DNA from: an uncultured archaeon
Lineage (GTDB): Archaea > Asgardarchaeota > Thorarchaeia > Thorarchaeales > Thorarchaeaceae
Reading direction: 5' to 3'
DNA: 32,000 nucleotides
Assembly: GCA_964648855.1 (NCBI GenBank)
Contig: CAZYLT010000001.1
Coordinates: forward strand, 180,001-212,000
In this document: positions 1 through 8,100 of the stretch, in pieces
Position numbering within the stretch: the stretch's first letter is position 1
Layout: each line of letters starts with the position of its first letter
The notes under the pieces: generated by a model
Database searches by the model: none
What the model was told of the DNA's origin: nothing
The model's input: only the letters and a program-made list of their open reading frames with translations
Translations under genes and position numbers: made by a program

Positions 1-735
1 TAGCTCATCCATCAATATGGAGAACCCCTGTCCAACTTCGCCAAGCAACATGTCGGAGGGTACCCGTACATCCTCCAGCTTCAGCCATGAAACCCGAGCT
101 GATTTCATTCCGAGCAAGTCATGGTCTTCTACAACGCTGAAGCCATCAGTAGCAGTATCTACGATGAAGGCACTCATGCCTTCTTTGGACTTCACATCTG
201 GATCAGTTATGGCAAAACAGCACATGTAATCAGCCTGACTACCATTAGTGATGAATCTCTTTTCGCCATTGATAATCCAATCATCGCCATCCTTCTCTGC
301 ACGGGTTTTCATTCCAGCAGTGTCAGATCCAACATCTGGTTCTGTAATCCCTATGCACCCAATCTTTTCTCCACTGACAACAGGCTTCAGATACTTTTTC
401 TTCTGAGCTGATGTTCCAAATTTGCTTACAGGCATACCATAGAGAGTGGTAGATGCCATTCGTGCCATGTCAAGTCCCCCATTTGCTGCAGAGATCTCCT
501 CAGCGATTATTATCTCATAGGAAAGCCCCTTTTCTGTCCCGCCTACCTCTTTGTCGTGAAGAACGCCCATGTATCCGGCCTTGCCTATTTTTCTAAGTAG
601 GTCTCTGGGATAGGGCCCCTCATCTATTTCATCGGCTATGGGATAGATTTCGGCGTCACAGAATTCACGCACTTCCTTTCGGAACTCAATCTCGTCCTCT
701 GTCCAAAGTACAGTACTCAAATAGTCATCAACCAT
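1..735 (-). CDS. Acyl-CoA dehydrogenase (5' part, runs off the left edge; missing from the ORF track)
   Basis: Manual translation from ATG at 735: MVDDYLSTVLWTEDEIEFRKEVREF...GEKIGCIGITEPDVGSD...WIINGEKRFITNG...GMSAFIVD...LGEVGQGFSILMDEL. These are typical ACAD motifs (TEPxxGSD, NGxKxFITNG), and the frame is open to position 1. Confidence 0.93.
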   Translation of the reverse strand, partial: MVDDYLSTVLWTEDEIEFRKEVREFCDAEIYPIADEIDEGPYPRDLLRKIGKAGYMGVLHDKEVGGTEKGLSYEIIIAEEISAANGGLDMARMASTTLYGMPVSKFGTSAQKKKYLKPVVSGEKIGCIGITEPDVGSDTAGMKTRAEKDGDDWIINGEKRFITNGSQADYMCCFAITDPDVKSKEGMSAFIVDTATDGFSVVEDHDLLGMKSARVSWLKLEDVRVPSDMLLGEVGQGFSILMDEL

Positions 736-819
736 GATTGAAACCTTGACAAAGCCATGAAACCTTGCCTTAAATCAGTAACTGGTTAGGAAGGCGATTC
801 CAATTCTCGAAGAGATTCA

Positions 820-1137
820 TTATGGAGAGAAAATGAAGCGCCTTTTCTCATCATAGGAGAGCCTTACTTGCATCCCTATTTCAAGGGCCTCGACATCTTG
901 CGAATTGCAGACTGCTAGAATAAGTGCATCTCGCTCCAGCTTGATGATGCCTAATGCAATTGGTGCTTCAAATTCAGACGGAGGAAATTGTGAGACAGTG
1001 TAGCTTTGTAGAGCTCCCTTTTCAGATAGCTCTATGGTTCGCATTGAACCGTGTGAAATGCCACATCTTGGACAGATGCCTCTTGGAGGAACGATTACCT
1101 TGCCGCAATTACTACACTCTGAGGCGGATATCGGCAT
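820..1137 (-). CDS. DUF35-family Zn-ribbon/OB-fold protein (thiolase partner)
   Basis: CSNCG...PPRGICPRCG Zn ribbon followed by an OB fold (GALQSYTV...APIALGIIKLE...LEIGMQVR). Confidence 0.9.
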   Translation of the reverse strand: MPISASECSNCGKVIVPPRGICPRCGISHGSMRTIELSEKGALQSYTVSQFPPSEFEAPIALGIIKLERDALILAVCNSQDVEALEIGMQVRLSYDEKRRFIFSP

Positions 1138-1214
1138 TTGTTTAACCTTGGGTGAATCACCCGCGGACTAAGAAAAGGATTTCGTGACATAAAAAGCCAG
1201 ACAAGGTTTTGATT

Positions 1215-1556
1215 CTATTTTGGAGTCTGTTTCTTGAGGGTCCTAACTACTGATTTGAGATGTTTCTTGATGAAACGGCGGAGTCTTGGATCCTCACTTA
1301 GATAAATCATTGTAGTTGAATTCATATTATCGATGTCCCCCTCTACACATATTGCGTTGCCCAGGTCTCTTATATCACTGTGGAATACGCGTTCTATTGC
1401 ATGGGGCGAAAAGCCTTCTTTCTTGTAAACGGGCATAATTTGTCCCTTTTTCCCGCTCCCTCCAAGTTTCAGAAGTGACAAGATTAGCAGCCAATGATGC
1501 CACGCCAAGGTGTAGTTTTCGAGAAATTGCATTACTTCTTCGATGCTCTTAGACAT
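1215..1556 (-). CDS. Hypothetical protein, 113 aa (possibly winged-helix-like)
   Basis: Clean ORF co-oriented with the cluster, 33 bp after the upstream stop, GGAG upstream of the ATG. The fold is a guess. Confidence 0.75.
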   Translation of the reverse strand: MSKSIEEVMQFLENYTLAWHHWLLILSLLKLGGSGKKGQIMPVYKKEGFSPHAIERVFHSDIRDLGNAICVEGDIDNMNSTTMIYLSEDPRLRRFIKKHLKSVVRTLKKQTPK

Positions 1557-1589
1557 ATCAATGGAGTCTCCAATATGGGCAATTCATTG

Positions 1590-2993
1590 TTATTCATTTT
1601 CGTTGATTTCAGTCGATAGGGACTGGAGCCCATCTGTTTCTTCAAAATTATCAGCTCGTTCGTTTCTGTCTGCTCCATCCTTAGCAATTTTGGATAGCTG
1701 AACAGGGCGTATATTTTCACCCTCGATTTCAACTAAGCCTGCATTGACAAATTTCTGCAATTGGCCTTTCAGCCTGACAGTTGGAATTCCCAGAGCCGAT
1801 GACAAGTGTGATAAAGGAAACCATTGCGATTTATCAGCGATGACAAAATAGGCCTGAAAGGTAGGTTCATCCTCTGCGATTTGGACCAAAATATCCCATC
1901 TAGCCTCTAGTTCGCTAATTCTTGACCGAGCCAACTCTAGAGCTGACAATGTTGTTTTGTACTCGCTTCTAATTTTGGCGAGCTGACGCTCCAAATCCTC
2001 CGCTTTAACCTCTAAATCAGTACTCTCAGATTCTAGTTGATTCTTCTCGGATTGGAGATTGTCTATTGTGGACTGCTGCTGGGTTACTGTTTCCTTCAAT
2101 GAAGATACTTCCCCTTTCAGGCGGGAGATTTCTTCTGCGCTCTTCTCGTATTCCACAACCAGTTCTTCTGCAGAGTCCAGCTTCGCAATCAGCTCTTGCT
2201 GTTGCTCCACCTCTGATTGTGCTTGGGCAAGCTGTCCAGAGATAATTGAGTGATTTTCGTCTTTCTCTCTGATTGTGGCATAGAGGTCCTCCTTTTCGTC
2301 TTCTAACTTCGTGAGTTCATCCCGTAAATCAAAGAGTTTCTGCTCCTTCTGCTTATTGGTTTCATTCATTTCATTTATTTCGGTACTCAGCGCCTTGTTC
2401 TTGGCTCGTGCCATTTCCAATTCGTGTTCTCGTTCATTCAGCAAAGCATGAGCCTTAACTAATCTAGTTCTCAAAACCCCGACATTCGATTGTAACGCCT
2501 TAGTTGAACCACGGCTTGCTTTTGATAGGATATCATGTATCTCTTTCCGGCTCTCCTCAACAGCCTCATACACATGATGCAGTGAAGTTTCCGGCGATAA
2601 TGACTCGCTCAATTCCTTTTTAACAACAGATACTGCAAGATTTGTGAAAACCCCCAGACCTGCATCCTGAAGTTTCTTTAGAATGCGCTCTATTGCCTTA
2701 TCCGCCTCTTGTTGTACTGTACTCTCTGTGGTTCCCAAGCTGTCCTCAATAGACGAAAGAATATCATTCATTCTCAATTCGATACGTTCATAGGTTGATC
2801 TAATTGAATCTGTTAATTCTGGGGCAGTCTGTTCAGGAGGTGCCGATGACTTCATGTGCCCCATGGAATCGGAGTCAGATTCTTTCAAGGCCTTTTGCAT
2901 CAGGTTTCTGGTCTTCTGTTCAATCTCAGAATCATCTTCGAAATCCTTTTCGTCGTTGGAAGGCACGGGCATTTCCTCAGTGTAGTATTCCAC
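1590..2993 (-). CDS. Long coiled-coil protein with C-terminal winged-helix domain (true start possibly ATG 2972)
   Basis: E/K/L/Q-rich heptads at about aa 175-370. The C-terminal FPLSHLSSALGIPTVRLKGQLQKFVNAGLVEIEGENI fits a wHTH pattern. ATG 2972 lies 4 nt after the upstream TGA. Confidence 0.85.
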   Translation of the reverse strand: MEYYTEEMPVPSNDEKDFEDDSEIEQKTRNLMQKALKESDSDSMGHMKSSAPPEQTAPELTDSIRSTYERIELRMNDILSSIEDSLGTTESTVQQEADKAIERILKKLQDAGLGVFTNLAVSVVKKELSESLSPETSLHHVYEAVEESRKEIHDILSKASRGSTKALQSNVGVLRTRLVKAHALLNEREHELEMARAKNKALSTEINEMNETNKQKEQKLFDLRDELTKLEDEKEDLYATIREKDENHSIISGQLAQAQSEVEQQQELIAKLDSAEELVVEYEKSAEEISRLKGEVSSLKETVTQQQSTIDNLQSEKNQLESESTDLEVKAEDLERQLAKIRSEYKTTLSALELARSRISELEARWDILVQIAEDEPTFQAYFVIADKSQWFPLSHLSSALGIPTVRLKGQLQKFVNAGLVEIEGENIRPVQLSKIAKDGADRNERADNFEETDGLQSLSTEINENE

Positions 2994-3354
2994 GATAACC
3001 GAGAGCTGTCAACTTCGATGTGGTATTATTTAGTTTCTCAGAAACACGCGAAGCTTCCTGTATCTTCGACATGAGCTCTTTCCGAAATTCGGTAGTTGAT
3101 AGCTCGCCTCGGTCTAGACGTTCGGTGAGCTTTGCGCGGTCGTCTTGTAGAACTTGCCGCTTCCGCTTGAGTCGTTCATATTCAGCAACAAGAAACACCA
3201 ATTCACTTTTTTCCTCGTCATCCAGTGACTCAACACTCGGTGCTCCTCGCCCACTATCAGGTTTGTCTCCACTAGTTAGGATTTCTCTTCCACGTTTTTT
3301 CTGTTCTTTCTCTTTCTTTTTTCCGCGACGTCTCCATCTGTCAAGTAGTCCCAT
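2977..3354 (-). CDS. Small helical protein with basic N-terminus and coiled-coil hairpin
   Basis: MGLLDRWRRRGKKKEK start; hairpin motif LDRGELSTTEFRKEL; GGAG upstream; tightly packed in the operon. Confidence 0.8.
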   Translation of the reverse strand: MGLLDRWRRRGKKKEKEQKKRGREILTSGDKPDSGRGAPSVESLDDEEKSELVFLVAEYERLKRKRQVLQDDRAKLTERLDRGELSTTEFRKELMSKIQEASRVSEKLNNTTSKLTALGYRGILH

Positions 3355-3374
3355 TTTTCGGTCTCCTATGATTG

Positions 3375-3941
3375 TTATGTCAACATTAATCGGATCTTCT
3401 CAAGCTTTGTTTCGAGCTCCTGTCGCATTTCTCTGGCAACAGCAGCCTTGTTTTCATATTCTTCTGCCTCAGCAGGATCATTCAGTGCCATTTCTAGCAG
3501 TTCATTTTCCTTTTCAAACAGCATAGCGATTTTGGATGAGAGCTGCATTGATTCCTTCTCAAGCTCAGTCCGGTCAGCATCTTCAAGTTCTTGTTCTTCT
3601 AATAGCTCATCCTCTGATTGAATTTCCTCCCCAACAATGTACTCAGATTCAAGCTCTTTGAGGCCGCCATTTTCGCTTTTTAAGCGGACCAAAATCCCTT
3701 CCTTGAGAGTTGCCTCAAGCGTCATCATTCGCTCTTCGATTTGCCTCATCTTTGACTCTAGGCGTTTGATCACAATGGTTTGATTTTCAACAGTCTTGAA
3801 AATCTCATCTGCAAATTGTTCAAAATTAAGCCCATATTTGAAGCTATCAAGAATATCCTTTATATTAGATATCTCGCTCACCAGCTTCTTTCTTTCTTCC
3901 TCGCTCACCAGGCTTTTGATTCTATTACTTTCATTAGACAT
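3375..3941 (-). CDS. Acidic coiled-coil protein, 188 aa
   Basis: Two heptad-rich segments separated by an acidic linker; starts 2 bp after the GTPase stop. Confidence 0.82.
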   Translation of the reverse strand: MSNESNRIKSLVSEEERKKLVSEISNIKDILDSFKYGLNFEQFADEIFKTVENQTIVIKRLESKMRQIEERMMTLEATLKEGILVRLKSENGGLKELESEYIVGEEIQSEDELLEEQELEDADRTELEKESMQLSSKIAMLFEKENELLEMALNDPAEAEEYENKAAVAREMRQELETKLEKIRLMLT

Positions 3942-3943
3942 AT

Positions 3944-4825
3944 TTAGTCAACCTCTATATCCCGTACTACTTTGAAATCAATTGTTTCAAATGCCAGCCC
4001 TCGAAGAAGACCTAGCCATCTATCTCTAAAGTCCCGTTGATTAGCCTGCATCCCATAGGCAGGAATTCCAAGTTTCTTGCCCACTGTTTCTGGGGACAAC
4101 GCCCCTGTGATATCTTGTTTGTTTGCAATCGCTATTATTCGAGCATAGGGTAGTTCGTTCTTCACAACAGGATATGCAACCCTTCGCGTCCAAGCAAGAT
4201 TATCATTAGTGGAATCTGTGACTACAAAAACCATACTACCAGATCGTATTATTTTGCCCCACTCTTGTACGAATCGGTCCTGACCGCCCAAATCAAACAT
4301 ACTGAAGACGTAGGGGTCGAAATTTGCCTTTAGTAGGGCTTTATCTCCGAAGAATGTCGGTACATACTCCTGCGGCGGGCCTTTGGATGGTAGAGTGGCA
4401 AGCTCGAGTAATGTGGTTTTTCCGGTACCCCCATGCCCTGCCAGACAGACTTTCACAGGAATACGGCCTATAATTTTCCTGAAACCAGCTTCGAATGGAG
4501 CAAAGTCAGTTGTTTTCCAGTCATCGGTTTCCAGGTCCTTTTCGAACGCAGTCATAAAACGAGATACCAATTCAATGAGGGCTTCTTCAACCTTGTTTAG
4601 TGAGGCTTGCCTGTCCATTGTCAAAATGAATTGCGTATCATGACTATTGATGTAGACGTACCTGAATCGTTCTATTTCCATGCTATCGATTGTCCACTCT
4701 TGCATCTTCTTTGCAGATGATGAAACCAGCATCATGACTGCATCATTATCTAAATCCTTACTGGATACTATTGTGTCAGAGAATAGGGTACGGTCCTCTT
4801 TGAATACATGAATTGCTCTAATCAT
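3944..4825 (-). CDS. Longin-domain / Arf-like small GTPase fusion
   Basis: G1 GHGGTGKTT, G2 YVPT, G3 DLGGQ, G4 NKQD, with the Arf-like context ANKQDITGALSPETVGKKLG. The N-terminal ~120 aa fits a longin pattern (MIRAIHVFKEDRTLFS...RYVYI...QFILTMD...LIELVSRF). Confidence 0.9.
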   Translation of the reverse strand: MIRAIHVFKEDRTLFSDTIVSSKDLDNDAVMMLVSSSAKKMQEWTIDSMEIERFRYVYINSHDTQFILTMDRQASLNKVEEALIELVSRFMTAFEKDLETDDWKTTDFAPFEAGFRKIIGRIPVKVCLAGHGGTGKTTLLELATLPSKGPPQEYVPTFFGDKALLKANFDPYVFSMFDLGGQDRFVQEWGKIIRSGSMVFVVTDSTNDNLAWTRRVAYPVVKNELPYARIIAIANKQDITGALSPETVGKKLGIPAYGMQANQRDFRDRWLGLLRGLAFETIDFKVVRDIEVD

Positions 4826-5070
4826 TCAGGAGTCACCACTTGAACCCAGCTCAGTACATTAGTCAAACTAGGTATCCATTTGGAAAGATGTGTTGTATCG
4901 CGATTCATTATTGCACTTGAACAATTCAAAGAATAAGAGCATATTGTGTTTGTCGTGTTAAAAACTGAATATTCGGGGTATCCTCTGGCTAGAAGCACCT
5001 GTATTCTCGTAGACTGACCAGAAGATATCTCCATGAAATTCATTTTCAAAACAACCTGTAGGTTTTGGAT

Positions 5071-5106
5071 AGAAAAGAGGCGAGAGAATTAGCTAACTCT
5101 CCCGCC
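5071..5106 (-). terminator. Hairpin plus T-tract terminator after the giant surface-protein gene
   Basis: Minus strand GGCGGGAGAGTTAG/CTAATTCTCTCGCC, an inverted repeat with two G-U pairs, followed by TCTTTTCT. It begins 13 nt after the TAA. Confidence 0.65.
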
Positions 5107-5119
5107 CATATTCGCCGGT

Positions 5120-8100
5120 TTATTCTGCCGAGTCCTCTGACACATCCTCCTCACTTTCGAGTTCTTCCGAGGGGACGTCTTCATCTGATGGCAACTCACC
5201 ATCTACAACCTCCTCCTCGGTTGTTTCATCTTCAGTTGACTTGTCTTCATCTGAAGCTTCTTCGGTTTCTTCAACGTCCGATACTGCAGGCTCTTCCTCG
5301 ACAGGTTCTTTCTTGATGTCTTCTAGTTCTGTTCCCTCGTGTGTTGCCTCCTCCTGCACATCTTCCGCGTCCCACTCGAGCTCCTCTGCTTCATCCTCGT
5401 CCAGAGGTTCTTCTTCTGGGGGCGCCTCTTCCTCGAGGTTTTCTTCTTCTATAGCTTCTTCCTCTTCCATCATCGAGTCGAGTTCTTCTGAGAGCTCCTC
5501 CTCATAGTCGGTTGCTTCAATGTCTGCCATCTCTTCTCCCAGACCATCAATCTCGTCAAGGGCATCTAGCTCACCGAGCAATTCATCTGCCTCGCCGCCC
5601 AGTTCCTCGAATTCCTGCTCCGGGCTAACATCTATTGTTGGTGCTCCCATATCGAGTTCAGCAAGCCCAGGAGCCAAGAGATCGGATATGACCTCACCCA
5701 TGTTCTTGAGGCCTTCGACTTCTGCGCGGTCGCCATCCTCAATATCCTTGAGTGCGCCATTGATTTGCTTTATCTGGAAGGGTATTTTCCATCGCTGATA
5801 TCCAACAGCAATCGCACCAACTACCACAAAGATACCAGTCATGATGAGAATTGTTTGTAGGAGGGATACAGGGAGCCTTACGATTCCTAGTATGCCAATA
5901 GTCTGTTCTGAAATGGTAACCCTAATCACCTGTTCAGTTTGATTCCTGTACATTGGGGCTGAAGCTGAAGCCAATAGCTGATATGGCTCTGCCCTCACGT
6001 CTCCAATCTGGCTGCTCGTTAGTTCTATCACGTAGTGAGTTCCGTTGAATTCGAAATCACCTGCGGACAGAGTGAATTCAGTCGTGGGTGTTTGCAGCGT
6101 CAAACTGCTGATTGTTGATGGTCCAATAGGCGAGTCACTCGATATATCGAGATACTCTATTGCAATTAGGAAGGTGTCTCCTTCTTCTGCAACTACATCG
6201 GGAGCCACAAGGGACGTTTCCGAATAAATAGATAGAACAGGAGCCACAGATTGAGTCGTATAGTTCTGCAGAGTTGCTGATATATTCAAAGTGATTACAC
6301 CTGGTACTTCAGAAACATCAACCTCAGAAGGATTGAATGTCAATCTGTACATCTGACTGCTGCTCTGATACGTGGCAGTGTATGTCGTTCCTGCGAATTG
6401 CATGGTAATAGTTGCACCAGTCAGGCTGCCTGTGAGATCTACTTCTGTATCATCAATCTCATAGGTCAGCATGATATCGAGTCCGGTAGTTCTGTAGAAG
6501 ACCTCGTAAGAGAGGCTCTCTGGGTCGAGCGAAGTGTCGACAGGGAGAACAGTAACAGGTAGCTCAAGGTCTGGTATTGTGTAATTTTCATTGGCGACCT
6601 TCACGATCAGGGTATGGTCACCTGCAGGTACTTGGTCCGACGAAACCACTGCAGAGTAGTCATGGGAAGTCGGCTGATAGTTCAACAGATAGACTGTTGG
6701 GAATCCAGACCAAACATAGTAGACCGTGGCACCATCAATGCTCACATTGCCACCATAGATGTTGTTCACATTCACTCTGAGGTTGAATTCATTAGTCCAT
6801 TTTATTTCAACAGACTCGGGAGTTGTCAGTTCATCTCTGAAGATAGCTCCCTCAACAGGGACCACTGTCACATCAGTATCGTTTGTGTTATCAACAAAAT
6901 TTGGCATGGTGTATGTGAAGTCAAGGTTGTATGGATTTTCTGAGGCTGAGAACCATTCATCCGATTCGATAGTTCCCGTGAAGCTTCCATCGCCATTGTT
7001 ATCTAACTCCAAGCTCATTGTGCCCCAGCTGACCGTGACAATCGCATTCTCCCAAATTAGTCCACCATGACGGTCATCATAGAGATGCGCCGTAATGTCA
7101 AAGGAGGCAGACCAATTCACAGGGTCGATTGGGTCAATCACAAGAGAAGCATCTGTTTCCTGTACAAGAATAATCACTGTCGTGAAGTCATGCATCTCGA
7201 AGCCTAATTTAGTCATCTCTATTTGAATGACATAGACCGGTCCTTCGCCAAACACATTCATTCCCAAGCCACGAGTGTCAACAGTGAATCCATAGGTACC
7301 ATCGCCATAGTCGTTTGTGTCTACAATAGCGGTATCAAGGTCAACCAAGTAATATGATGCGAGGTCAGGTGATAATACTGGAGCGTTATCGAGTGTGTTG
7401 TTCCAGTAGAATCTAACCTCGAATACATCAGCATAGTACTTCTCATAGTAATCTAGTTCTAGTACTATTTCATTTGGCACCGCCAGTATTCTGACGAAGA
7501 TGGTCGTTGAATCTGAAGTTGCACCAGCCTTTGTGGCTACGATTTCAATCTCGTAGAGGTCCTCTTGAGGCACTGCATCATTGGCATCAAGGGATTTGTT
7601 ATAGATGCCACCACTGAAGTCATCTAAATCACCGCTCTGGTCGATAACTGATTCCAAGAACCAGTTGTAACTAACTGTGGCACCATCGACGGGTGCTCCA
7701 ATTGATTGGTCCAGCAGAAGGATTTCCAGGCTAAATGATTGTGTCCAGTATACTTCTAACGGATTCTCTGCTGAGCCATATTCCGCCTCAATGAACAATG
7801 GGACTCGGATATTAATGGTGAGAGGAACCATGTATGATTCATGATTGGATTTACTGAGATTGAGCTCAAATATGTATGTGCCAGAGTCGAAAGCTCCACC
7901 TACTGAAACAGTGTAGATTCCATTCCCCTCGTAGGTTAGAGATACTGTATCGTCCCATGTGTGAGTGAATGTGGCATCATCTAGCCCAGCATTGCCTGAG
8001 GTCCGAGTGTAGTTCACCTGATAGGTTGCAGAATCTAACCAATCGATGGTCTGCGAATCAGATCCTACAACCTCAAGATTTGTTGGTGCCCTAGATACAG

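Noticed and set aside
17-411. Plus-strand ORFs 17-229 and 121-411
   Set aside because: They are antisense shadows of the acyl-CoA dehydrogenase.
1590-2993. SMC/Rad50 call for the coiled-coil protein
   Set aside because: No Walker A/B, signature motif, hinge or Zn hook.
4822-5049. 75-aa minus-strand ORF overlapping the GTPase start
   Set aside because: No recognisable motif and it lies in an AT-rich promoter-like spacer. Not supported, though not excluded.
5241-5798. Ser-rich plus-strand ORFs
   Set aside because: They are the antisense reading of GAA/GAG codons in the acidic tail.
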